A DNA stretch of 64,000 bases from Sphingobium sp. 66-54 (GCA_001899715.1 MKWI01000019.1:6446-70445), one strand, 5' to 3'. Positions 20,642 to 29,490 are shown, numbered from the stretch's first letter. The notes: generated by a model not told the origin, from the sequence alone. Numbers and translations are program-made.

Positions 20642-20685
20642 GGGCGGGCTTGTGCGCCGTCCGGCCGCGTGGAACAAGATGCGCG

Positions 20686-21432
20686 ATGCCTGCCGCTGTC
20701 TTTTTTGAACGCGCCTTCCAACCGCTGCTCGATTATGCCCTGCCGCCGCGCTGCGCCGCCTGCGGCACCATCGTCGCGCAGCCTGGCACCTTCTGCGCCG
20801 ATTGTTGGAGCACCATCGCCTTCCTCGGCGAGCCGATGTGCGCCTGCTGCGGCGTCGACCTGCCCACCGTCATCGGACCAGACGGCCTCTGTGGAGCCTG
20901 CCTCGCCACGCCGCCGCCCTATGACCGGGCCCGCGCGGTCCTCCGTTACGGCGATGTCGGGCGGGCGGTGGCCCATCGCCTCAAATATGGCCGCCGCCTG
21001 AGCCTCGCCGGCGTGATGGCCGCGCATATGGCGCGTCTGATCCCCGAGGAAGAGCGCGCACAGGCGCTGCTCGTGCCGGTGCCACTGCACCGCTGGCGCA
21101 TCTGGTCGCGCGGTTTCAACCAGGCCGCGCTCATCGCCCGCCATCTGGGCAAGCGAACGGGCGTTGCCGTAGAGGTCGACCTGCTGCGCCGCACTCGTCA
21201 CACGCCGCCGCTCCATTCTCTCGATGCACGCGAGCGGATGCGGACCGTCAGCGGCGCCTTCGCACTGGCACGGGACGCGCAGGCGCGGCTACGGGGGCGC
21301 GCCGCGATCCTCATCGACGATATCTGGACGACCGGCGCCACCGCGACCGCCTGCGCCCGGCTGCTCCGCCGGGGCGGTGCCGCCCGAGTGGAAATCCTCT
21401 GCTGGGCCCGCGTGCCGCGCCCCGGCGATTGA
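20686..21432 (+). CDS. comF: ComF family protein
   Basis: Double zinc ribbon, VPVPLH, RGFNQA, LIDDIWTTGAT. Confidence 0.92.
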   Translation: MPAAVFFERAFQPLLDYALPPRCAACGTIVAQPGTFCADCWSTIAFLGEPMCACCGVDLPTVIGPDGLCGACLATPPPYDRARAVLRYGDVGRAVAHRLKYGRRLSLAGVMAAHMARLIPEEERAQALLVPVPLHRWRIWSRGFNQAALIARHLGKRTGVAVEVDLLRRTRHTPPLHSLDARERMRTVSGAFALARDAQARLRGRAAILIDDIWTTGATATACARLLRRGGAARVEILCWARVPRPGD

Positions 21433-21490
21433 CTTTTTTCGCCCGCTTCCCAACATCGCATAAACAGGACGAAACGGGACGTATGCTGCC

Positions 21491-21748
21491 ATGCCTCAGG
21501 TCGAGATTTATACGCGCGCCTTCTGCGGCTATTGCGCGCGGGCACGGGCGTTGCTGCACGACAAGGGCGTGGCGTTCGAGGAATATGATGGCACCATGGG
21601 CGGCCCCGTTCGCGCCGAGATGATCCAGCGCGCCAACGGCCGATCCACGTTCCCGCAGATTTTCATCGGCGGCGCCCATATCGGCGGCTGCGACGACCTC
21701 ATGGCGCTCGAAGCCGCCGGCAAGCTCGACGCGCTGCTGGAGGCATGA
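21491..21748 (+). CDS. grxC: Glutaredoxin 3
   Basis: CGYC active site, TFPQIFI, GGCDDL. Confidence 0.95.
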   Translation: MPQVEIYTRAFCGYCARARALLHDKGVAFEEYDGTMGGPVRAEMIQRANGRSTFPQIFIGGAHIGGCDDLMALEAAGKLDALLEA

Positions 21749-22584
21749 CCGGGCAGGCGATGAAGATCGCTCTTCTCCAGATGAACGCGGGCATCGACCC
21801 GGCGGCCAATGCACGCGCGCTCGTCGATGCGGTGCGCGCGGCGGCAGCGGGCGGCGCGGATATGCTGTTCACGCCGGAAATGTCCGGCTGCCTCGATCGT
21901 GATCGGGAGCGCTCCGGCGCCGTTATCGTCACCGAGGCGGACGACCCGGTGCTTGCGGCGTTGCGTGCGGCGGCACGGGAAGCGGGCCTGTGGGTCCATC
22001 TCGGCTCATTGGCGCTTAGCGATCCGGCGAGCGGCAAGCGGCGCAACCGCGGCTTCCTGATCGACGCGCAGGGCAAGATCCGCGCGCGCTACGACAAGAT
22101 CCACCTGTTCGACGTGGATCTGCCTGGCGGCGAAAGCTGGCGGGAATCGAACAGCTATGTGGGCGGCAATCGCGCGGTGATGGCGCGCACGCCCTGGGGC
22201 AATCTCGGCCTCACCATCTGCTACGATCTGCGCTTCCCCGATCTGTATCGCGCCTTGAGCAATGCCGGCACGGACATCATCTCGGTGCCCGCCGCCTTCA
22301 CCGTGCCGAGCGGAGAGGCGCACTGGCATGTGCTGCTGCGCGCACGCGCTATCGAGTCCTCCGCTTTCATCGTCGCAACCGCGCAGGTCGGCTTGCACGA
22401 GGACGGCCGGCGGACCTATGGCCATAGCCTGGTGGTCGATCCGTGGGGGACGATACTGCTCGACGCGGGCACGCAGCCGGGCCTGTACTGGGCTGATCTG
22501 CCGCTGGACCGCATTGCCGAGGTGCGCGGGCGCATCCCCTCTCTTGCGCACAGACGTGCGATAGAAGATGTTGTTATCTCATGA
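21745..22584 (+). CDS. Carbon-nitrogen hydrolase (Nit1-like)
   Basis: PE, YDKIHLFDV, ICYDLRFP catalytic triad motifs. Confidence 0.93.
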   Translation: MTGQAMKIALLQMNAGIDPAANARALVDAVRAAAAGGADMLFTPEMSGCLDRDRERSGAVIVTEADDPVLAALRAAAREAGLWVHLGSLALSDPASGKRRNRGFLIDAQGKIRARYDKIHLFDVDLPGGESWRESNSYVGGNRAVMARTPWGNLGLTICYDLRFPDLYRALSNAGTDIISVPAAFTVPSGEAHWHVLLRARAIESSAFIVATAQVGLHEDGRRTYGHSLVVDPWGTILLDAGTQPGLYWADLPLDRIAEVRGRIPSLAHRRAIEDVVIS

Positions 22585-23066
22585 TTTCATTCGATCTCAA
22601 ATGTGATGGCGGCCATGTGTTCGAGATCTGGTTCCGGTCCAGCGCGGACTATGAGAGCCAGCGCGCCGGCCGGCAGATCGCCTGCCCTTATTGCGGCGGG
22701 CAGGATGTCTCCAAGGCCGTGATGGCCCCTGCGGTCGGCGCCAAGGGAAACCGGCGGTCGGAGGTGCTGCCGGTCGACACGCCGTCCCCATCGCACGCGG
22801 TTGCGACAATACCCGATGCGCAATCTATCCATCGAATCAAAGCATTGATAAACGAACTTGCTGAAGCGCAGACACGGGCGCTGGCGGATTCGCAATGGGT
22901 CGGCGCCGCCTTTACCGAGCGTGCACGCGCCATGCATTATGGCGAGGCCGAGCAGGCCGCAATCCACGGGACGGCCAGTCTTGAAGAAGCGCGCGCGATG
23001 GCGGAGGAAGGGCTGGCCGTGGCGCCGCTGCTTGTCCCCATCGCTCCGCCCGATCAGACTAACTGA
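22581..23066 (+). CDS. DUF1178 family protein
   Basis: C..GH.FE.WF, CPYCG, KAVMAP.V, ARAMHYGE. Confidence 0.88.
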   Translation: MISFDLKCDGGHVFEIWFRSSADYESQRAGRQIACPYCGGQDVSKAVMAPAVGAKGNRRSEVLPVDTPSPSHAVATIPDAQSIHRIKALINELAEAQTRALADSQWVGAAFTERARAMHYGEAEQAAIHGTASLEEARAMAEEGLAVAPLLVPIAPPDQTN

Positions 23067-23091
23067 CCGCCAGTCTCACGGTGCGGCGCGA

Positions 23092-23118
23092 TTGACAGGC
23101 CATTGCACGTAGCATAGC
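23092..23118 (+). promoter_or_regulatory. Host tRNA-Arg promoter (now upstream of attL)
   Basis: TTGACAGGC-N12-CATAGC, ending 32 nt before the tRNA 5' fragment. Confidence 0.7.
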
Positions 23119-23150
23119 CAAACTGCCGCCTTGCGGCCGCCGCAAGGCAC

Positions 23151-23189
23151 GCGCCCGTTGCTCAGCCGGATAGAGCATCAGATTCCTAA
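23151..23189 (+). pseudogene. attL: 5' half of tRNA-Arg(CCT)
   Basis: 38/39 identical to 62097-62135; stops after the anticodon loop (TTCCTAA). Confidence 0.93.
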
Positions 23190-23241
23190 GCGTGGATCTT
23201 CCGCTGATTTTCTGTTTAAAATCAACTGCAAGTCTATCTGA

Positions 23242-23260
23242 TGTGCCCGGCGGTGTGCCC
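23242..23260. repeat. Integrase arm-type sites (left)
   Basis: TGTGCCC at 23242 and 23254; the same motif recurs near attR. Confidence 0.65.
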
Positions 23261-23262
23261 AG

Positions 23263-24297
23263 CTATGCGCGTTTCCGCTTTTTCTTTGGCGTGAGCAGCG
23301 CTGAAACGCGGTCGAAAGCGGTTGTCTGGCCGATAGGTTTCACGTGCGCGTAGCGCATCGTGACGCTGACACTGCTATGAGCGAGGGCCTCGCAGATATC
23401 GGCCAGATCGGCACCGTTCTGGCGCGCCCAGCTACCAAAGGTATGGCGCAGATCGTGGAAGCGAAAGTCCACCATTTTCGCATCCTTTAGGGCGGCGGCC
23501 CAGCGCCGGCGAAAATTGGTGGTGTCAAAGACAGGCCCGGTGCGCCCATCGGCGGGCGTGCGAGCCAGCGCGGCTCGCAGCGGGGCGCCAAAGCGTGCGA
23601 TGATAGGCTTGCGCCCTTTACTGCGCGGTATGGTGATGGTGCCGCCGGCAAGGTCGACCTGATGCCATTTCATCGCAAGGATGTTGCCGCGCCGCAGGCC
23701 CGTGGTGACGGCAGTGAGGATGATCGGCCGCAGCGATGCATGGGCGGCGGTCATCAGGCGCTCAAACTCTTCGGCGGCGGCGAAGCGCACGCGGTGCTCC
23801 GGCTCCGGGACGCGCAGGCGCTTGAAGGCGAGGGCGGGAAAGGGCTGACCGTGCACGTCGCGCATGTGGTTGAGCGCGGCCTGGAGATAGGCGAGATCGC
23901 GATTGACTGTCTGCGCGGCCACAGGCCGGCCGGGCCTGTCATCGAGCGGGATATTCCCGCCGCGCCTCCGAGCCCGAAAATCCAGTATCATCGCGTTGGT
24001 GATGTCCATCACCAAAGTGTCGGCCCCGAACACTTCGGTCATACGTTCTAGCTGGCGAAATATCTGGTCGCCGCTTTCAGTGTGTTTCGCGTGGTCGTTC
24101 CAATAGGCCCCGAAGCAATCGCGGACGCGCCAGCCTTCGCGCGGTGGGCCGGACTTGCTTAGTCGGAGATATATCTCGGCTTCGGCGATGCGGGCCGCGC
24201 GTTCTTCCGTCGCGCCCGTGCTTCCTCGAAATCGACGAGTCCCGATGGTGATTGAATACCACCAGTAGGGTGACTTTGCGCGGCGATAGAGTGGCAT
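23263..24297 (-). CDS. int: Phage tyrosine integrase
   Basis: TTGLRRG, K, FHDLRHTFGSW, AHSSVSVTMRY catalytic residues; adjacent to attL. Confidence 0.95.
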   Translation of the reverse strand: MPLYRRAKSPYWWYSITIGTRRFRGSTGATEERAARIAEAEIYLRLSKSGPPREGWRVRDCFGAYWNDHAKHTESGDQIFRQLERMTEVFGADTLVMDITNAMILDFRARRRGGNIPLDDRPGRPVAAQTVNRDLAYLQAALNHMRDVHGQPFPALAFKRLRVPEPEHRVRFAAAEEFERLMTAAHASLRPIILTAVTTGLRRGNILAMKWHQVDLAGGTITIPRSKGRKPIIARFGAPLRAALARTPADGRTGPVFDTTNFRRRWAAALKDAKMVDFRFHDLRHTFGSWARQNGADLADICEALAHSSVSVTMRYAHVKPIGQTTAFDRVSALLTPKKKRKRA

Positions 24298-24470
24298 TGA
24301 CGGCGGCTTTCGATAAGGCGGCGAAGGTCCGCCAGATCATAGAGCGGCTTTCGACCGATCCGAACATACGGCAGCTCACCGTCAGCGCGCAACTTGCGCA
24401 GGAAGCGGGGGCTACAGCGGAGCGTTCGCGCCGCTTCGCTTTCAGTCAGAAGTTTGACCGGCTCGCTCAT
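24159..24470 (-). CDS. xis: Excisionase-like HTH protein
   Basis: LLTESEAARTLRCS..LPYVRIGRKPLYD MerR-like HTH; overlaps the int start. Confidence 0.8.
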   Translation of the reverse strand: MSEPVKLLTESEAARTLRCSPRFLRKLRADGELPYVRIGRKPLYDLADLRRLIESRRQCHSIAAQSHPTGGIQSPSGLVDFEEARARRKNARPASPKPRYISD

Positions 24471-25156
24471 GTCTCAATGTCGCGCGGCGGGATCCAGTAG
24501 ATCGGAGCGAAGGGCTGGCCGCGATCGTCAACGTGGGGTCGCCGGCGCTTGTCCCACAGCACCCACATGTAATCGATCTTGCCGCGCGCATATGCCTTGT
24601 CGCCGAGCGCCTCGATCTGGTCGCCGGGCGGCATCGAGGGGCGCTCGCACAGGATCCACACGCCCGCCGGCGTCAGCTCGCTGAACAGGCGATAGCGGCC
24701 TTGGCTGGCGAGCCATTTGAGCGGGAGAAGCGTGGCGACCTGATGGGTTGCAATCTCCAGTGCCCGGCGGGCGAAGCGTTCTGCAAGACCAAAGGCCATT
24801 TGCCCATTCTGGTAAGAGAAGGGTGGATTGCAGATGATCGACAAATCCCCGCCGCCTTCGAGCAAGCATCGCTGATTGCCAAGGAAATCATGCGCGCCGA
24901 GGAAGTGCGGCGCGCCGCGATCGAACATATCCATGCCGAATGCGGCGATGCCCCGGCCGCGTAACGCGCGGACGATGTTGCCTTGGCCGCAGCAGGGATC
25001 GAGCACCGTGACATCGTGGTCTATCGGCGCGGAATCGAGCAGCCGTTCGGTCACCCATTCCTGCTCGACATACCAATCCCAGGGATGGCGTTTGACCTTC
25101 TTGCCAGCGCGACGGCGGCGCGATTGCGAAACGCCGGTGGAGAGTTCGCCGCTCAT
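24467..25156 (-). CDS. Amino (N6A/N4C) DNA methyltransferase-like protein
   Basis: DPCCGQG (motif I) and NPPF (motif IV). Confidence 0.75.
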   Translation of the reverse strand: MSGELSTGVSQSRRRRAGKKVKRHPWDWYVEQEWVTERLLDSAPIDHDVTVLDPCCGQGNIVRALRGRGIAAFGMDMFDRGAPHFLGAHDFLGNQRCLLEGGGDLSIICNPPFSYQNGQMAFGLAERFARRALEIATHQVATLLPLKWLASQGRYRLFSELTPAGVWILCERPSMPPGDQIEALGDKAYARGKIDYMWVLWDKRRRPHVDDRGQPFAPIYWIPPRDIET

Positions 25157-25653
25157 AGCCCGACCCCTTCCGGCGTGGGCCAGTTCCACAAGCCTTGCTT
25201 TCCGCGCATGGGGATCGGTTCCGGCCATCGCTCGATGTCGAGCATCGGCCAGCCCCAGTTGGCATGGTCATCCCGGTCGCTGTCGTTGGCACGCGGCACG
25301 CCGAATTGCTCGGCGACGGCTGTGCCGATCACCGGCTCGCCCACTACGGCGGTGCCGATGCCGGCGGCCATCGGGAGTTCACCCTCAAGCGCGCGATTGA
25401 GCACCGGGATCGCGCGTTCCGGAATGAGGCAAGTCTCTGCGGCGGCCCGCGCAATATCGTCCGATCTGTCCCGTAAGGCCAAGACCACCAGAAGATCATT
25501 GACTTCATCCCGGTCGATCCTCCGCGCGGCTGCGTGGATCACGATGCGCTGGCCAATCAGCGAGCGAGGAACGCGCCACCCGCGAAATTCGTAGGGCTTC
25601 GCGCCTGCAACGATGAGCGACGCCCACGGCTGCCAGATGGTGAGCGTCTTCAT
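25153..25653 (-). CDS. ASCH domain protein
   Basis: LTIWQPWASLIVAGAKPYEFRGW, IVIHAA, P.PMRGKQGLW. Confidence 0.85.
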   Translation of the reverse strand: MKTLTIWQPWASLIVAGAKPYEFRGWRVPRSLIGQRIVIHAAARRIDRDEVNDLLVVLALRDRSDDIARAAAETCLIPERAIPVLNRALEGELPMAAGIGTAVVGEPVIGTAVAEQFGVPRANDSDRDDHANWGWPMLDIERWPEPIPMRGKQGLWNWPTPEGVGL

Positions 25654-26468
25654 GCCGCCAACCTTTCCATATCCGTGAGAAGCTGCTCGCCCCACTGTTT
25701 GGCCATCGCGGCTGCGAGGCCGGGAAAGGTTTCGCTGCGCCGGCGTGCACGATCCGGACCGGGCGGTTCGCGATGCACGCGGCTCCATGCTTTATGTTCG
25801 GCTGTCCCCGGCCGAGGCGGCGTGAGCCTGTTGGTTGGGTGCAGATCGGGCAGGCCGATCAATTCCAACCCTGTCGCCTTGAAATATGGATCGCCGAACC
25901 ACCATGGCTGGACGAACTGGGTCCGGCCGCGCCGCGTCATCTCGATCGCATAGCGATGCATGACCGGGTTTTCGATCGCGCGGCGCTGGATCTGGCGGGC
26001 GTCGCGAAGTGTGCGATAGAAGTCTGCGGCCTCGCCCAGTTCGGCCCAGCGCTGGGGATCTGGCCCATTTACCTTCTTCCCGCCGATATAGAGCCATTTC
26101 ACGCCGGAGTTGCAGAGGATCGTGCAGGGCGGGTGCATCACGGCGAGTAAGTCCCAGCCACCATCGAGATGGTTGCGAACATCATCGCGGATATGGCGGT
26201 TACTTCCATCGTCTGCCGGTTCGGTGTCACATGACCATGCGTCAAAGCCGCGCGCGATAAACGCCCGCCGAACAACGCCGCTACGTTCGCAGCGCCGGGG
26301 TTCGCCGGCGGTGAGCAGGTCCCAATCCTGCTCGGCCTCATCCATCGAGGCGCAGGCGCGGCCGTGCATGCCGCACAGGATGCATTCGGCGCGGAAAGCG
26401 AGCGAGCCTGTTTTCTGGTCCTTTTCGATCATGAACGCGGGCAGATGGTCGCAGGGGCGGTCACTCAT
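25650..26468 (-). CDS. Phage C5-cytosine methyltransferase-like protein with Cys-rich N-terminal domain
   Basis: CERSGVVRRAF..WSCD, HPPC catalytic motif, IENP, QPWWFG, RSETFPG. Confidence 0.7.
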   Translation of the reverse strand: MSDRPCDHLPAFMIEKDQKTGSLAFRAECILCGMHGRACASMDEAEQDWDLLTAGEPRRCERSGVVRRAFIARGFDAWSCDTEPADDGSNRHIRDDVRNHLDGGWDLLAVMHPPCTILCNSGVKWLYIGGKKVNGPDPQRWAELGEAADFYRTLRDARQIQRRAIENPVMHRYAIEMTRRGRTQFVQPWWFGDPYFKATGLELIGLPDLHPTNRLTPPRPGTAEHKAWSRVHREPPGPDRARRRSETFPGLAAAMAKQWGEQLLTDMERLAA

Positions 26469-26688
26469 GGCCGATCTCCTTAACTTCGAGGATAAGGGCG
26501 CCGTGGAAGGCCGTTGCTCGTTTGCCTTTCGACCGGAGCGCTTTTTGGCCGAGCCGCTTGAGCAATTCGTCGATGTCGAGAGAGACGCCGATCAGGCACG
26601 GCACGCCGACATTTATGATCTCATGGGGTCCAATCTGGCGCGGGACCATGATATCCGCACGGAAGCCGTCTCGGAGTGTCCGCCCCAT
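26461..26688 (-). CDS. Phage hypothetical protein, 75 aa
   Basis: MGRTLRDGFRADIM..KEIGHE; overlaps both neighbours (translational coupling). Confidence 0.65.
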   Translation of the reverse strand: MGRTLRDGFRADIMVPRQIGPHEIINVGVPCLIGVSLDIDELLKRLGQKALRSKGKRATAFHGALILEVKEIGHE

Positions 26689-26948
26689 CACTTCTCTCCA
26701 TAGCCCATGGCGGCGAGCGCCTTGGCCACCAGGTGCCAGACATGCAGATCGAGGCGGCGGTGTCCGGTGACGCTGCCGGTGCGCTGTGGCCGGCCCTTGT
26801 CGAGCTGCGCGGCCGATCGGCCATGGAGCGTGCGGCACGAATAATTGCCGACGCGCTCGGTGCCGCCCTCGTTGCAGATGTGCATGCGGGCCAGTTCGGA
26901 TTTCTCGCCAGTGACGGCGGACCATAGTTCTACGCGGATGACGATCAT
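26688..26948 (-). CDS. Phage hypothetical protein, 86 aa
   Basis: AAGAAGG RBS; coupled to the downstream gene. Confidence 0.75.
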   Translation of the reverse strand: MIVIRVELWSAVTGEKSELARMHICNEGGTERVGNYSCRTLHGRSAAQLDKGRPQRTGSVTGHRRLDLHVWHLVAKALAAMGYGEK

Positions 26949-26989
26949 AGTTGGTGACCTTCTTGCGGATGAGGGGATGTCGGGCGGGA

Positions 26990-27559
26990 CTAGAACGGTA
27001 TGCCGTCGCCATCTGCCGGCGAGGGGCTCGGCGCCGGAAGTGCGGTCGCTGGCAGGTTAGCGGCGACGCTAGGAGGAAGGCCGTAGATGCTGGTGGGCGC
27101 CCTCTTGAACGCGGTGAACGCGCTGCAAGGTGTGAGCTGGTAAATGGACTGTCCGCCGATCATAACCGGAGCGAGCAGCTCGCCCTGGAAGATCGGTTCG
27201 ATCTGGGCGAACTTGGTGCCGAACCGCTCGACCTCGGACAGACGGCCCACCAGTGTGCGGTGTCCCATGACTTCGACGATGGCATAATCGCCCTCGGGAA
27301 GCGCTTCCTCGACGGTAGCGTTGAGCGCAGGCAGATCCAGATCAGTGAAGGCGATGACCTGCGCGGCCCGGATGCGCTCGACCTCCTGGATGGCGTTCAG
27401 CGAGCTGTTCGTAAGGTGCAGAGCGCCGTCGATCAGATGATCGTGCTCGGGCTCCCAATCGTCGACGATCGATTCACAGCCAAAAGCGGCGGCAATGAGA
27501 TGTTTATTGCTGGTCTTCCCACAGGCCATGGGTCCGTGGACGATGACGGTATTTGCCAT
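26990..27559 (-). CDS. Phage protein with N-terminal P-loop
   Basis: GPMACGKT; AAGGAAG RBS before ATG 27559. Confidence 0.7.
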   Translation of the reverse strand: MANTVIVHGPMACGKTSNKHLIAAAFGCESIVDDWEPEHDHLIDGALHLTNSSLNAIQEVERIRAAQVIAFTDLDLPALNATVEEALPEGDYAIVEVMGHRTLVGRLSEVERFGTKFAQIEPIFQGELLAPVMIGGQSIYQLTPCSAFTAFKRAPTSIYGLPPSVAANLPATALPAPSPSPADGDGIPF

Positions 27560-27603
27560 TTCAGCTTCCTTTGCTTGTTGTTGAAGGGGGCGGGGCGGGG
27601 CTT

Positions 27604-28227
27604 TCACGCGGCCCATCCGTCGCTCTGGCCGGTGGTTTCGGCGTAGGCGCCGCGTGGGGCATCCTCGATCGGTACGAAGCGCTCGCGATGGCGGGCATAG
27701 GATTCGCGGAAGGTTTGCCGTTCGGCCTCGGTCAGATCGGCGGGGCGATAGCGCTTGTGGTCGAGTTCCTCGGGCCACCATCGGCGGGCCTGCACCCAAT
27801 AGAAAAAATGGGCAGCCTCGAAGCGTTCAAGCTGGTGGCGGAGAGCGATGGCCGGGCGCTCGCCATCCGCGATGGCCTGCGGATAATAGCGCCGGCGCAG
27901 CGTGATTTCGCGCCGTAGCTCCGCCACGATCTCCGCCCAGGTGAAGCGCGCCAGGCGCTCATCGGCTTTCGATCGCAGCTCCTGCCAATAGCGCATGTCC
28001 GGCGAGGCAAGATGCGTGTCCGCATTGATATCGGCATGGACGGCAGCCAGCACGTCGATGCGCCATTCGGCCTGCGCCGTGCTCATCTTGCCGTTGCCGA
28101 CGCGGCGCGGGTAGCTATCCCGCCGCAGGTGCAGTTCGCGGGCCAGTTCCTCGACAATCGCGCGGAGCGGGATGGTGAGCGGATCGGCGCTATCGACCGA
28201 CATGATGGGGTGGAAGGGCGCGCTCAT
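27604..28227 (-). CDS. Phage hypothetical protein with internal duplication
   Basis: Two copies of EL.RE..LRR..YP. Confidence 0.7.
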   Translation of the reverse strand: MSAPFHPIMSVDSADPLTIPLRAIVEELARELHLRRDSYPRRVGNGKMSTAQAEWRIDVLAAVHADINADTHLASPDMRYWQELRSKADERLARFTWAEIVAELRREITLRRRYYPQAIADGERPAIALRHQLERFEAAHFFYWVQARRWWPEELDHKRYRPADLTEAERQTFRESYARHRERFVPIEDAPRGAYAETTGQSDGWAA

Positions 28228-28868
28228 TGCACCGTCTCCTGGGCGAGCACGGTGCGGCGGCCGGTGTGATCGGGCGCGGAGACGACGCCTTCGCGCTCCA
28301 TGCGCTCGATCAGGCGGGCAGCGCTGTTGTAGCCGATGGCCAATTGGCGCTGGAGCCAGCTGGTGGATGCCTTGCCATGCTCTCGGACGAGCAGCGCGGC
28401 CTCGGTATAATCCGGCTCGGGCTCCGCCGCCTCGCAGTTGGCGAAACGCTGTTCGGGGTCTTCCCGGCCGGCGCCGTCGACGCCCATGCCAAGGGCGTCC
28501 TGGTATGTTTCCAGCAAGCTCTCGAATTCGCGGAGCGAGTGCCCGTCCATGCGCCGCCGCTTGACGATCTCGCGCATCACCTTGGCGTCATAGCCGGTGG
28601 CTTTGGCCTCGGCGTAGACATCCTTGATATCGTCGGAAATGCCGCGCTTTTCTTCTTCGAGACGCTCGACACGCTCGATGAGCAGGCGCAGCCGATCGGC
28701 GGCGGAATCGCCGGTGGCGCGGGCTGCCGGCGTACTCTTTCTCGCGCAATCCGGGCAGACGAGGAAGGTGGCGTTGGTGAGGGTGGATGCGTGGTTCTCC
28801 CAGCCCTCGGGCAGCGCATCGGGCGAGCCGTGGGCGGTGCGATCGCAGCGGGCGCAGACGAGGCTCAT
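28224..28868 (-). CDS. Zn-ribbon-GapR(DUF2312)-FtsK-gamma fusion protein
   Basis: CARC..CPDC; RLRLLIERVERLEEEK..DIKDVYAEAK..GYDAKVMREIVK (GapR); ASTSWLQRQLAIGYNSAARLIERMEREGVVS (FtsK gamma). Confidence 0.85.
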   Translation of the reverse strand: MSLVCARCDRTAHGSPDALPEGWENHASTLTNATFLVCPDCARKSTPAARATGDSAADRLRLLIERVERLEEEKRGISDDIKDVYAEAKATGYDAKVMREIVKRRRMDGHSLREFESLLETYQDALGMGVDGAGREDPEQRFANCEAAEPEPDYTEAALLVREHGKASTSWLQRQLAIGYNSAARLIERMEREGVVSAPDHTGRRTVLAQETVQ

Positions 28869-29092
28869 TGGCTCTCTCCCGCGTCGGGCATGTAGCGCTC
28901 CCCACAAAAGGGGCAGAATGTGTGTGCGAATATTTTGGGCTTACCGCTCCGGCTTTCTCTCCGGCCGTTGTCGCGGCGCTGGAGGTTTGTGCAGGTTTCG
29001 GCGGTCAGCGTGCCGCCCCGATACATGATGGCGATTTCAAGCTTGTGGTCAGGCAGCTTTGCTTCGATCTCCGTGATGCAGTTGCAGCTCAT
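28865..29092 (-). CDS. Small Cys-rich phage protein
   Basis: MSCNC..FCPFCG; coupled to neighbours. Confidence 0.75.
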   Translation of the reverse strand: MSCNCITEIEAKLPDHKLEIAIMYRGGTLTAETCTNLQRRDNGRRESRSGKPKIFAHTFCPFCGERYMPDAGESQ

Positions 29093-29490
29093 GGCCGATC
29101 TCCCAGCGTTCCGGGGTTGCGGGCGAGGGCGGCGTAGCGGCGCAACTCATCGGCGAGAGCATCGGCCTGATCGGGCTCGATCAGGAAGGTGAGCGGCTGA
29201 TGCTGGGTGGTGACGCGCAGCGGGTTGAGCGCGACCAGCCATCTGAGGCCATCCCGTGCGGCATGGACGCTGATCGGCGGTTCGATGGGTTGACCGGCCT
29301 CTAGCCCGCCCTTCGGCTTGGTGGGTGGCAAATGGCCAAATGGTGCGGCGGCAACGCAATCTGGGCACCGGAGCGCACCGTCCTTGAAATACTTCCAGCC
29401 CAGTGGAATCGCGCGGGCGTGCTGGCCGATATGTTCTCGCCCGCATCGCGTGCAGACGAATGTGCAGGCGTCGATTATGGCCTTGCTCAT
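29089..29490 (-). CDS. Zn-ribbon phage hypothetical protein
   Basis: CTRC..IPLGW..CPDC. Confidence 0.7.
   Translation of the reverse strand: MSKAIIDACTFVCTRCGREHIGQHARAIPLGWKYFKDGALRCPDCVAAAPFGHLPPTKPKGGLEAGQPIEPPISVHAARDGLRWLVALNPLRVTTQHQPLTFLIEPDQADALADELRRYAALARNPGTLGDRP

Noticed and set aside
23151-23189. Second functional tRNA-Arg
   Set aside because: Ends after the anticodon loop, with no T arm or 3' acceptor strand; it is the attL fragment.
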